A stretch of DNA of 64,000 bases from a bacterium (GTDB lineage Bacteria > UBA8248 > JACPRG01 > G963555815): positions 544,001 to 608,000 of the forward strand of contig CAUVWX020000001.1 of NCBI GenBank assembly GCA_963555815.3, read 5' to 3'. The notes under the pieces are model-generated. The model had not been told where the DNA came from, ran no database searches, and worked only from the letters and a program-made list of their open reading frames with translations. How positions within the stretch are numbered: position 1 is the first letter of the stretch; every line of letters begins with the position of its first letter. The translations under genes were made by a program, and so were the position numbers. Below are positions 38,873 through 48,981 of the stretch, piece after piece.

Positions 38873-40222
38873 TTATTCCTGCGGCCTCCTCCCCGCCCGC
38901 AATCGAGACAGCTGCTCCTTCAGCCAGCGCGAGCCCGGTTCCAGCTCCAGCGCCCTTTCATAGGCCGCGATTGCCTCCTCACTTCTCCCGACAGCCTCGT
39001 AGGCCTGACATAACTGGCGGTGGAGAACCGAGACGGCGGGATTGAGATCGATGGCGGCCTTGAGCCGATCGATCCCCTCCACGTGCTCCTGGCGTCCGAG
39101 ATAGATCCGCGCCAGGCGAAGGTGGAATTCCCAACTCTCCGGATTGTGCTGAAGGGCCTGTTGATAAGCCTGAATGGCCTGGTCCTCTTCACCTCCCTGG
39201 ACATAGATCTGCCCCAGGTCTGCGTAGGCTTCGGCCAAATCAAGTTTCAAAGACAGGGCCCTCTCGTAGGAGCTGATGGCCGCTTCACGATCTCCCTGGC
39301 GGAAGTACACCTTGCCCAAGTTGAGGTAGACCTCAAAGTTGGTGGGCTCCACCTGGGCGGCCTCGAGGAGACGGGACTGGGCGGTCAGGTCGTCGCCCTG
39401 AGCGAAGGCGATCCTGCCCAAGAGAACACGGGCCCCCGCGTAATACGGGGATCCACGGCCGATGGCTTCCGAAAGGTCTTGAGCGCGGGCATACTCCCGC
39501 TGCCTAAAGGAGAACTGAGCCGCTCTCATCTGGAAGGTATCTTTGTCGGGGTCCAGCTCCAGGGCCTTTTGAAACTCGATCTCCGCCTCTTCCTTTCCCT
39601 GACGATCCAAAAACTGGCCAAACTGAAAATGGGCCTCGGCAATGTCAGGAACAGTTTGACGGAGGTCTTCGTACTGTTGAGTCTCCTCCCAATAGAGCTC
39701 CAGGGTCCCTGGGAGCAACTCCGGCATGAATTCATGGGCCTGAAGGAAAGCGGCCTTCGCTTGAGTTTCATCCCCCGCCCGGCGATGGAAAAGGCCCACC
39801 GAGTGGAAGAGGAAAGGGTTACGGGGGTCCAGATCAAGAGCGATTCGGATTGCCTCAGCAGCCGCCTCGGGCCGGCCCAAACTGCCCTCGATCCACCCCA
39901 GATGAAAAAAGTACCGGCCCTGGGTGGGGGCCCTCCCGACAACCTCTTGAAGCTCGGCGTGGGCCTTATTTAGCCACACGCGCCGTTCAAAGATCGAGGC
40001 TCCGGCCTCAAGCGCCCTGCGCTCAAAATAGACGGCTCGCTCATAGCGATACCGGGGATTCGCAGGCGAGAGTCCGATGGCCGTATTCAACCGGGGCAGC
40101 CGACTGCCCTGCCAGCGCTGAAACGACCACTCGGCCCCGTAGATACGCACCACCGAAAAAATCATTCCCAGGGCCCCAAGAACCACCAGTGTGGAGAGAA
40201 CCCACCTGCTCGTTTTCCCCAA
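38873..40222 (-). CDS. Tetratricopeptide repeat protein with N-terminal membrane anchor
   Basis: Repeated A...YE.AL.L.P TPR units. Confidence 0.88.
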   Translation of the reverse strand: MGKTSRWVLSTLVVLGALGMIFSVVRIYGAEWSFQRWQGSRLPRLNTAIGLSPANPRYRYERAVYFERRALEAGASIFERRVWLNKAHAELQEVVGRAPTQGRYFFHLGWIEGSLGRPEAAAEAIRIALDLDPRNPFLFHSVGLFHRRAGDETQAKAAFLQAHEFMPELLPGTLELYWEETQQYEDLRQTVPDIAEAHFQFGQFLDRQGKEEAEIEFQKALELDPDKDTFQMRAAQFSFRQREYARAQDLSEAIGRGSPYYAGARVLLGRIAFAQGDDLTAQSRLLEAAQVEPTNFEVYLNLGKVYFRQGDREAAISSYERALSLKLDLAEAYADLGQIYVQGGEEDQAIQAYQQALQHNPESWEFHLRLARIYLGRQEHVEGIDRLKAAIDLNPAVSVLHRQLCQAYEAVGRSEEAIAAYERALELEPGSRWLKEQLSRLRAGRRPQE

Positions 40223-40240
40223 GCGGTAGCCCCGCTCCCT

Positions 40241-41641
40241 TCACATCCGGTCCCGTCGGTTTTTCCTGGGGGCTATAGAGGAAGTGGCGTGAATCAGACC
40301 CACGATGATGGTCAGAAGGAGGGCATTGGCGGGGATCTGCATATTGAAGTCAAACAGGCTGAACACCAAGATCCCGATGCAGGCTGCACTGCCACCGGCA
40401 ATCATGCCGCGCCGCCATCCCCCCGGAAGGTATCTCAAACTTCTCATGGACGATCCAAGGAAGATGATCCAAAAAGCTGCGACGAGGAGGAAACCGATCG
40501 CTCCCCCCTCCGCCAGGAGTTCAAGGTAATCGTTGTGGGCGTGCTCAAAGGTTAGGCCGATGTTGGAGGTCCGGTATGCCGGAAAGACCTCGTTAAAACT
40601 CCCAAGCCCAGTGCCCCACGTAGGGAACTGGCCAATCATGGTGTGGGTTGCTTGCCAGACCCGACCCCGGAACTCCTCCCCGCCAAAGGGGAAAGAAGCG
40701 GGAAAAACCGTGCCCCATAAAAAGGGAGCCGCCAAGGCCAGAATAATCCCCAGGGTCAACCACCGTTTCAACGACCAGCCCCTCTGTAGGCACAGGCCGA
40801 AGCCCAGGAGGGCGGCGGCGAGGCTCAAGACTCCGCCAAAAGAGCCGGACATCACCAAGGCGGCCCCCATGAGCAGAACAAGGCAGGTGAGCCAGAAGGG
40901 TGACTTTCTCCAGGGCATGCCTCGACCCCGTTCGGCCACCAGGGCCCCGAGCGTCAGGGCAATCGCCATGACGAGGTATCCCGAATAATGGTTCTGATTC
41001 ACGTAAGGGCCGAAAGGAACGGCACCGAGGGGGACTTCCCTCACCCAATAGATCTTTTCATTCCATGTGAAGGCCTGCAGAAGGCCAAAGCTGGCCAGGG
41101 CCCCCCCACCAGCCACAACGGCGAAAACAAGCCGCTTCACCTGACGACTGTCTCTCACCCACTGCGTCACAACGATGAAGATCAGCAAGTAGGCGCGGAT
41201 TCGGTAGAGGGCCAAACGGGTGCTGGGCGCAGAGAGGGTGAGGGGCCTCAATTGCGGCGACAGCGATGAACCGCTCCTCTCGACTGGAACCAGAGTGGGC
41301 GGAGGGGACCCCCCATAGGTCGCAGCGACCACGCTGGGCTGGGAATACAATTCATGGGTCATGGGTGACAGGGTGCGGAGAAGGCTGTTCGGCATGGGAA
41401 AACTCTGAAAAAGAATCAAAAGGAGGAAAAGGAAGAGCGGGAGATGAAGTGGGCTTCGGAAATACCGAAACTTGCTCCTGCGAAGGTTCTTGAGGAGCCA
41501 CACCCCCGCTGCCACCAGTGCTGTGACCTCGAGGGCTGATTGAGCCCAGAGGGGAACGGCGCCAAACAGAAAGGGGGGGACAATGATCAAGCCCAGGAGG
41601 CAGGTTTCGACCACCCGGTCCAGGCGGTCAAAGGGTCTCAT
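40241..41641 (-). CDS. O-antigen ligase/Wzy-like family protein
   Basis: GPYVNQNH, GTGLGSF and HAHNDYLE. Confidence 0.88.
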   Translation of the reverse strand: MRPFDRLDRVVETCLLGLIIVPPFLFGAVPLWAQSALEVTALVAAGVWLLKNLRRSKFRYFRSPLHLPLFLFLLLILFQSFPMPNSLLRTLSPMTHELYSQPSVVAATYGGSPPPTLVPVERSGSSLSPQLRPLTLSAPSTRLALYRIRAYLLIFIVVTQWVRDSRQVKRLVFAVVAGGGALASFGLLQAFTWNEKIYWVREVPLGAVPFGPYVNQNHYSGYLVMAIALTLGALVAERGRGMPWRKSPFWLTCLVLLMGAALVMSGSFGGVLSLAAALLGFGLCLQRGWSLKRWLTLGIILALAAPFLWGTVFPASFPFGGEEFRGRVWQATHTMIGQFPTWGTGLGSFNEVFPAYRTSNIGLTFEHAHNDYLELLAEGGAIGFLLVAAFWIIFLGSSMRSLRYLPGGWRRGMIAGGSAACIGILVFSLFDFNMQIPANALLLTIIVGLIHATSSIAPRKNRRDRM

Positions 41642-41722
41642 TCCCGCCTCGCTGCGCGTTATCTCCGCCCCTGGGGACAGAGAATGTCACGGGGAAAAAG
41701 TGGCGTTTCTCGCCCTTGATTC

Positions 41723-42751
41723 CTAACCCGTCATCTTTTTGAAGAACCGTTTCAATCTCATCCGGGATCGAGGCAGATAGGGCATGGTCGACACCACCAA
41801 AGAGTCTTCCTCCCTTTCCAGCTGGAAGGTCGATCCCGTCAGCTTCCCAACGATCTGCTGCATACAGGCGGTGGCTTTGCCCTCTGGACTCCTGAGGATG
41901 AAGGGCTCCATCTGATTCACGGAATTTCGGACATCGTCGCTTTCTACCAGATGGCCAAGGTAATCGAGCTCCACGCTCAGGTTTTTCCGCACGAGATCCT
42001 GCAGGTTCTCCACCACCTCAATTTCCCTCTCTTCTCGGACCATGTTCAGGATCAGCCTCGGCCGAAAACGAGTGAGCACGTCGTCCAACTCACCGGCTCC
42101 GTTCATGCCTCCCAGCCGCTGCCGGAGATCGTCCACGGTGACGATCCCTAGCGCATTCTTCGGGTCCGCGATGGCTTCGACCAAGTCGCGGACCTCGTCC
42201 TCTTTGCCCCTGATCGCCTTCTTCATCAGCCGGAACAGGGAACCCTTGAGATAGGAAAAGGTCTTGATGACAGAGGAAACCTCTGGAGTAGTGACCACGA
42301 TCCCGCTTTCCGCCATGGAGAAGAAGTCAAGGGTGTTGAAGTTGGTCCCCGGCCCCAGATCGACCACAACATATTCGGCCTGCAACTTTTTGATCTCGCG
42401 CAGGACCCTCAACTTCCGTCCGGGGGCAAGGTTTGCCATTCCCGGAACATCCCCGGCCCCGCTGATCAATTTCAGGTTTCCAATGTGGGTATCGACCTGG
42501 ATCTGGGCGAGGGTATCCGTGCGGTTATGGATGAAGTCGTGGATGGTGTGAGCGGGCCGGACCCCAAAAAGGGCATGTTGATTCGCCCCTCCTAGGTCCC
42601 CATCCACTATCACGACCTTTTTGCCCACGAGCGCCAGACCCACGCCGATATTCGCCGCCAGGACGCTCTTGCCCACTCCTCCCTTCCCGCCACCTACGGG
42701 GAGGAGAATCCTCTCAGGCTGGCTAGTTATCTTTCGAGCTTCATCCACCAT
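41723..42751 (-). CDS. FlhG/MinD-like P-loop ATPase
   Basis: Deviant Walker A GGKGGVGKS, DGDLGGAN and VTTPE. Confidence 0.85.
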   Translation of the reverse strand: MVDEARKITSQPERILLPVGGGKGGVGKSVLAANIGVGLALVGKKVVIVDGDLGGANQHALFGVRPAHTIHDFIHNRTDTLAQIQVDTHIGNLKLISGAGDVPGMANLAPGRKLRVLREIKKLQAEYVVVDLGPGTNFNTLDFFSMAESGIVVTTPEVSSVIKTFSYLKGSLFRLMKKAIRGKEDEVRDLVEAIADPKNALGIVTVDDLRQRLGGMNGAGELDDVLTRFRPRLILNMVREEREIEVVENLQDLVRKNLSVELDYLGHLVESDDVRNSVNQMEPFILRSPEGKATACMQQIVGKLTGSTFQLEREEDSLVVSTMPYLPRSRMRLKRFFKKMTG

Positions 42752-42788
42752 ATGACGTCCCTATGCCTCCCCTGACAGATGAGCTAGG

Positions 42789-44195
42789 TTACTTCTTCTC
42801 GCCCTCTTCGTCGTCACGGTCTAGGAGTAGGAGTTTCTCCCACTCCTTAACACTTGCCTTCTGATCAGGTTTCCGGGCCTTTGGGCGCTGTACGCGGGAT
42901 GGGTCGGTCCAGGACTCCTTGGCCTCATGGAGGGGTGTCCGGGAAGTCGCACGGGGGGTCAAAACCCAGTCCTCGAGCTCCTCCCTCTCCTCCGGGGCAA
43001 CAGGCCTTCTCTCCGAGGTTTCCCAGACGGGCAAGGTGGTCTCCCCGCCAGCCTGGTCCTGGATGGGAAACTCCTGCCGAGAGCTGAAGACCCACGTATC
43101 CAGGTCCCCTGCACCCTTGCCAACCGGCTCGCCAACCTGTTCCTTAACAGGAGCCTCCTCCGGCTGAGAGCTGAGAACCCACGTGTCCAGGTCCTTCGGG
43201 GGTTCGCTCTCGGACAGGACTCTCTCCTCCTGCGGCATCGGCGGGACCTCTCTCATCTCCTCCGTCTCCAGAGGAGGCGGCTCCAGAGGAGCCGGGGCTG
43301 GCAGGGCCTTCACCAGGGCAGGTTCTTTCCCCTTCTCCGTCGGTTGACCGTAACGATACCGGTAGTCGTAATAGTACCCCTGGTAGTAATAGGGCCTCCG
43401 CTTAAAGGTCACCTGGTTGATGATGACGCCCAGGATCCGAGGCCCACCAGACCCGATCGTCTCCCCGGGGGAGGAAACCTCCTGGAAAGCGGCCTCCGGA
43501 TTGAGCGCCCTCAGACGCTCCACCACACCTTGAAGAACGTAAGAGGAGGTCCAACCGCTCTTGGCGACCAACATGATGCCGTCCACCATCCCCGCCAAGA
43601 CCAGCGGGTCGGTGACCGCCATCACAGGAGACATGTCGAAGAGGACCCGGTCAAACCACTTCCTGAGCTCCGCGATGAACTGGCTCATGGCGGCAGAACC
43701 CAAAAGCTCAGACGGGTTCTGGGCAATAGGCCCTGACGTGAGAATAGTGAGATTGGGATGACCCCCACTCTGAGTAGCATTCCCCAACGTCATGCGCCCC
43801 TCCAAGATGTCCCTCAGCCCCGCTTTATTCTTTATGCGAAAGACCCGATGAAGACGGGGCTTGCGCATGTCGGCATCCACCAGAAGGACCCGCCGGCCGG
43901 CCTGAGCCATGGAGATGGCCAGGTTGGCCGCCATGAGCGTCTTCCCCTCCTCTGGGTTCGGGCTGGTGATGGCCAGCACCTGGGCGCTCCTTCCACCCGG
44001 GGAATACAGAATATTCGTCCGAATGGTCTTGAGGGCCTCGGAGTGGGCGGACTTTGGATCCGTCAGCGCAATGAGGTCGTTGCCCCGGCGCTTGTCCAAA
44101 CGGCCCAGGTAGCCCAGGAAGGGCACATCCAGGTAACGCTCGACATCGCCTGGCAGCCTGATGTTGGTGTCCAGCTGTTCCCGAAGCAGGGTCAC
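42789..44195 (-). pseudogene. BY-kinase (Wzc/CapB) cytoplasmic domain, apparently 5'-truncated, with a long C-terminal extension
   Basis: Begins at the post-TM segment LREQLD; TSPNPEEGKT, VDADMRKP and Tyr cluster YYYQGYYYDYRY. Confidence 0.7.
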
Positions 44196-44197
44196 CC

Positions 44198-44370
44198 GAA
44201 ACCCTCACCCCCCCGAACTGGGCGACACTTATGCCGGAAATCTTCACTACTCCCATGCCTTCACTCGTGAAGAGATCTTCGCGGAAGCCAAGGCCGCCCA
44301 ATTCGGAGTGGTCCACTATTCGGAAAGCTTTGGTGGTGATATCGCCGTGCTAAAACCAAGCCTGACTTGA
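44198..44370 (+). pseudogene. Orphan C-terminal fragment, possibly of a SAM methyltransferase
   Basis: NPHPPELGDTY...HAFTREEIFAEAKAAQFGVV..IAVLKP with no credible start. Confidence 0.4.
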
Positions 44371-44476
44371 TGGCCGTTGCTTTCCGCCACAGAGAGCCCG
44401 GCGGCGGGGCTTCCCTGGATGGGTCAGGGCCTCGGTTGTCCCAAGAACCGCTCGGAAAGGTTTCGCATACAAATCA

Positions 44477-45232
44477 ATGCCTCACAGGCTAAAACATTGG
44501 AATGCTTATTGGGAAGCATATCGTGTAAGCATGGCCAGGACGGCTAGAGAGCTAGCCACCTGTGCAGCGGTGGTCTCGTTGTTGAGACGTCATTATGGGG
44601 AGCGATTTCCGAACGAACTCCGGATTCTCGACTTGGGCTCCGGAGATGCCAGCCTGATCTGCCGCCTGACAGCAGCTTTAAAATCCTCCGGAACAAGCGT
44701 GAAAGCGATCGGTTGCGAATTGTCGAGCAGCGCTCTCGCCAAAACAAGATTGGAGCCCCATCCCAATGTCGGAGGTTTCGTCCAGGCAGATTCTGCCCAG
44801 CTCCCATTCTGCGGGCAGGTCTTTGATGGTGTGACAAGTTTTGGGTATGGGAGCATTGCCAGTTACGACAATCCGCAGATCCATCAGGAGGTGTTTCGGG
44901 CACTCAAACCCGGCGGGTGGTTGATTGTCGATTATCGCAACCACCTCTCGCTTTGGTTCATCGTATTAAAACCATGGCTGATAGCAAAATGGCTTATGCG
45001 TTTTTGAGGATTTCAAAAACCGCAATACCATTTCGCGACATTCGGCATTCGAAGGTATTATACCCGGTGTGGTTTCGAGCCACGGTTCGTGCGCTTCTTA
45101 CTATGTTTCCCCCCCGTGTCATTTTCAGAGCGATATTTGCTAGCCATTGAACGGGTTTGTCGCCTTTTGCGTGTTGGAAGGCTCTTCGGTCGAATTTTCT
45201 TGGTGCTCTTCCACCGAAAAAACAATACGTGA
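44477..45232 (+). pseudogene. Class I SAM methyltransferase with in-frame TGA at 45005-45007
   Basis: ILDLGSG and LKPGG; the frame stays open for 74 further codons after the TGA; AT-richer than flanks. Confidence 0.65.
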
Positions 45233-45543
45233 ACCCCCAGGGCATATGAATTGAGTCACCTGGTGTTCTTTCCCCCCCTTGCCTCTTTCCCCTTTGGCCA
45301 CCGCGTTGAACTTCCAAAGGATAGGCCCCCCGGACTTCCAGGAGCCAATGATCCCCACCAATGAGGGCAGGTCTACCCTTCTTCCCTTCCGGGACAAGGG
45401 GTCCAGTAGAAAACCATCAGCAGGAAAATCTCTTGACCTGGGCCATGTGATTGGGTATTAAATGGACGATTTTGTGGGGTCCAGGTCATGATGTTTCCGG
45501 GAAGCGGCCCCGAGAAGAGGCCAGCAAAAGGGGGGAAAAGCGC

Positions 45544-45741
45544 ATGGATAAGCTCGTCAAGATCGGGGTTCTGATCGGGATCGTCAGTATCATTCTCGCG
45601 GTTATCGCCAAGTTGTTCACCGACGGGACGCTCTGGACCATCACTTCGGCGGCCTACATCGACTTTGCGGGGGTATCCTTCCTCGGGGCCATCGCCGTCG
45701 CCTCCCATTGTCTCATCTGTCAATCCAAGGGAAGCTCATAA
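45544..45741 (+). CDS. Small 2-TM membrane protein
   Basis: MDKLVKIGVLIG...; purine-rich RBS. Confidence 0.6.
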   Translation: MDKLVKIGVLIGIVSIILAVIAKLFTDGTLWTITSAAYIDFAGVSFLGAIAVASHCLICQSKGSS

Positions 45742-46039
45742 TCCCGAAGCTGACGGCTGCAGATAAGTTCTGACCCCAGAAGGGGAGCCAGCGGGTCCTA
45801 CGACTGGAGGTGAGCAAAGGCGTCCTCCTCCTGTCCTCACCCTTTTTAATCACTGAGTTTCATTCGCTTTCATCAAGGGGCGGCCTCCGCCTGGTACACG
45901 GCCTGAGGTCGTTTCTTGTGATCTAAAGCCTTTCACAGAGGCTGGGGAAGAAAGAGAACCCAGAGCCCCTTTTGGGGCTCGCATCGCCTGAAGGACCTCC
46001 GCTATCGCTAGCCTGCGGAACCAGATCGATCTTGGCGCA

Positions 46040-47290
46040 GTGAGCGAAACCCTCCGGCGTCTTTTTCTGCCTAGAACTCTTCCCGTTCTATCAAGCTTTT
46101 TTGTCTGCCTTCTTCTCATCGCAGGAACGACCTTTTCCCCAGCCGGGGCCCAAGAGATAAAGCCAATACAAAGGGACTTCTCCTTAGGTCCGGTGAAGAT
46201 CGAACCCGGCTTCAAACTCGAGCAACAATACGATGACAATCTCTTCACCGCACGCAGTTCCTCAGCCAAGAGGGATGACTTCGTCACCATTTACACCCCC
46301 TCCCTGATACCGAAACTTCGCCTTGGCAACCACATGTTCGAAGCCGGCTACAAGGTGGACATTAAACGTTACGTGGATTTCACCTCTGAAAACACGGAAA
46401 ACCAGACGATCACGGGGATGATGGACCTCGGTTTCCCCAGGGGGACGGAGGTTGATCTGAGGGTGGAATACCTCGATACCGACGACCCCTCCAGCACCGA
46501 ACAAGAAACGCTCACGGGACCCAGGACCGCCCGGTCCCAGTTCGACGTGGACCTCATGGCCCGCTATCCAACCGGGCCGCGGACGAAACTGGAGATCCGC
46601 GCCGCCACGACCCGCTTTCGGTTCGATGAGGCGACAAGAGCCAACCTGGAGCGAGACACCATCGGAACAGGGGCATCCTGGGCTTTCGAGCTCTATACCA
46701 AGACCTCAGCCCTCGTCGAGTATGATTTTGAAACCGTAGACTTTCTCGTCGACGCGGCCCCGGGGGGCAATGAGGACACAACCTCTCATGAGGTGAAGGC
46801 GGGTCTGCGTTTCGACCCCGAGCGAAAACTGGTGAGAAAAATTACGGGGGGCTACCAGGTGGTCCCCTTTGAAACACTGGAGAGCCGTACTGGCCCCCTC
46901 GCCGAAGTGGAATTGATCTGGCGCCCATAGGAGAGGACAGAGGTTGATTTGAAGTTTGAGACCCGCCTCAATGCAGCCTTCACCGCGGGAACGGACCGGA
47001 TTAGGACGACCAAGGCCGAACTTAAGCTTGAGCAGGGGCTCCTCCGGAGATTCTTCCTCGAACTTGAGGGCGCCTGGACCCAAGACGACTTCAGCTTCAA
47101 CTCCGTCGCCGGAGGAGGGGGCCGGAAGGACACAGCATGGACGCTGAAGGGGAAACTTGGATACCTCATTGGAGATTTCCTCCTCATCGGAGGGGGCTAT
47201 GACTATACCTACAGGGCGTCGGAAGTCGGCGCCAACGAGTACGTCCGAAACCTCGCCTTCCTGGACTTCTCCCTGAACCTTAGGCCTTAG
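46040..47290 (+). pseudogene. Polysaccharide-associated outer-membrane beta-barrel protein with in-frame TAG at 46928-46930
   Basis: Signal peptide, QYDDNLF and amphipathic strands; IWRP*ERTEV links two track ORFs in frame. Confidence 0.75.
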
Positions 47291-47325
47291 CGTTCTCACC
47301 CCTGAAAACTGATAAGGCAAGACGA

Positions 47326-48117
47326 GTGGATAAGGGAACACTCCTCCAGTACTATCGTTCTCAGAGCGAAGACTATGAACGGATGTACCGCGCCCGTGGG
47401 CGCCGATTCCGCCACCGCTGCCGCCTGGAGATCCTCCGGGAGCAGGTTCAGGCGACTCTGGCGCCCGAGGACTCGATCTGCGATGTGGGGTGCGGCGATG
47501 GATATGCAAGTTCCTGGATCCTGGGAGGCCTAAGCTATCGCCGATATGTGGGTGTTGACCTCTCGGAGACGAAGCTTCAACTGGCCCGCGCTCGGATCGA
47601 CAGATCCCGCTGTGTCATCGCGGATGGCGAGTCCTGCCCCCTCGGGGACGGGACATTCCAGGTCGCCCTCTGTCTCGAGACTCTTGAACATCTCCCAGAA
47701 CCGGCCAAGCTCCTCGGTGAAATCCACCGCCTTCTGGCCGAGGGTGGCCACCTCTTCCTGTCCCTCCCCTTTGACTCATGGTTGCAAGAGCCCCTGGTGA
47801 AACTCTGGCACTCCCTCCGACCCCGGAGAGAACAGAAATTTCACGAACACCTGGGATTCCTTACCCCCAGGGACATGTCTCGTTGGGTCAAGGCGCTGGA
47901 ATGGAAGCTCATCAGGTGGGAGAGATGTGCCTTTCAGTTTCCATTTTCAACTTTGATGTCGGAAAAGCTTCCGTACGAAACAATGAAGCGGGTTGATCAG
48001 GGGCTCGCGAAAATTTCAGTCTATTCGTTGAGCATCAACTCTTCTTTGCCCCTGGCTTTGGGCAGCGAGTTCGCGGTCTGTGTCCTTCAAAAAAGCCCTT
48101 CCCAAACGCACAACTAA
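47326..48117 (+). CDS. Class I SAM-dependent methyltransferase
   Basis: CDVGCGDG, VGVDLS and ETLEHL. Confidence 0.88.
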   Translation: MDKGTLLQYYRSQSEDYERMYRARGRRFRHRCRLEILREQVQATLAPEDSICDVGCGDGYASSWILGGLSYRRYVGVDLSETKLQLARARIDRSRCVIADGESCPLGDGTFQVALCLETLEHLPEPAKLLGEIHRLLAEGGHLFLSLPFDSWLQEPLVKLWHSLRPRREQKFHEHLGFLTPRDMSRWVKALEWKLIRWERCAFQFPFSTLMSEKLPYETMKRVDQGLAKISVYSLSINSSLPLALGSEFAVCVLQKSPSQTHN

Positions 48118-48157
48118 AAAAGCGTCCTGCACCATGGGCAGAGCCTGACGATTTTAT

Positions 48158-48234
48158 TGGTCGGGGCGACGAGATTTGAACTCGTGACTTCCTGCTCCCA
48201 AAGCAGGCGCGCTGCCAAGCTGCGCTACGCCCCG
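48158..48234 (-). tRNA. tRNA-Pro(TGG)
   Basis: CGGGGCG acceptor stem, CCTGC-TTTGGGA-GCAGG anticodon arm, GTTCAAATC T-loop and encoded CCA; 77 nt. Confidence 0.97.
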
Positions 48235-48304
48235 ACATGTTCAATCTAGCACCTGGCCACGGCCATTGACAACGCCCCCCGGGGGGGCGGGAGAGTGCGC
48301 GAGA

Positions 48305-48922
48305 CTAGGGTTCCAAAAGTGCTGGCTCATCCCTGACCCATCCCTCAATCTCTCGCATCGCTTGTTGAAGGGCCAGTGCCCGGTGGCTCTTCCGGTTTTT
48401 TTCTGCGGGCGACCACTCGGCCATGGTCCCATCCTCACCCTCGGGGATGAAGATAGGGTCATAGCCGAAGCCGCTGCTGCCCCGTGGGGCATCAGTAATT
48501 CTCCCTGGGAGAACGGCCTCGAACAGCCACGTCCTCCCGCTGGGGTGCGCGATGGCCACGGCGCAACGAAATCTCGCCCGGCGTCTCTCCGGTGGGAACC
48601 CGCTAAGAAGCCTGAGGATCTCCCTGTTTCTGTCTTCCTGAGAACCTTCGAGCCAGCGGACCGAGTGAAGGCCGGGCCTCCCACTGAGGGCCTCCACCTC
48701 CAGGCCGGAGTCGTCGGAAATTGCCGTCATGCCGGACGCCTTGGCGGCCGCCAGGGCCTTTTGCTCCGCGTTCGCTCGGTAAGTACTGCCCGACTCCTCC
48801 ACAGGGGCGGCGTCTTCGTCGGCCCCAAGGGTGCAAAGGAAGATCCCTAAGGGTTTTAGGATCTCGGCCATCTCGGCCGCCTTACCGGGATTTCGGGTCG
48901 CGATGAGAAGAGAGATTCCCAT
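48305..48922 (-). CDS. rdgB: Non-canonical purine NTP pyrophosphatase (RdgB/HAM1)
   Basis: ATRNPGK, DDSGL, GFGYDPIF and KNRKSHR. Confidence 0.94.
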   Translation of the reverse strand: MGISLLIATRNPGKAAEMAEILKPLGIFLCTLGADEDAAPVEESGSTYRANAEQKALAAAKASGMTAISDDSGLEVEALSGRPGLHSVRWLEGSQEDRNREILRLLSGFPPERRRARFRCAVAIAHPSGRTWLFEAVLPGRITDAPRGSSGFGYDPIFIPEGEDGTMAEWSPAEKNRKSHRALALQQAMREIEGWVRDEPALLEP

Positions 48923-48981
48923 TTGAGGAGGACCGATTTCTCTCACCTGGCACTCGACTGAGGCTCGATATGGGGGGCCTC

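Noticed and set aside
45005..45007. Methyltransferase TGA as selenocysteine
   Set aside because: No Cys-motif context and no convincing adjacent hairpin; TGG/CGA to TGA is a simpler explanation.
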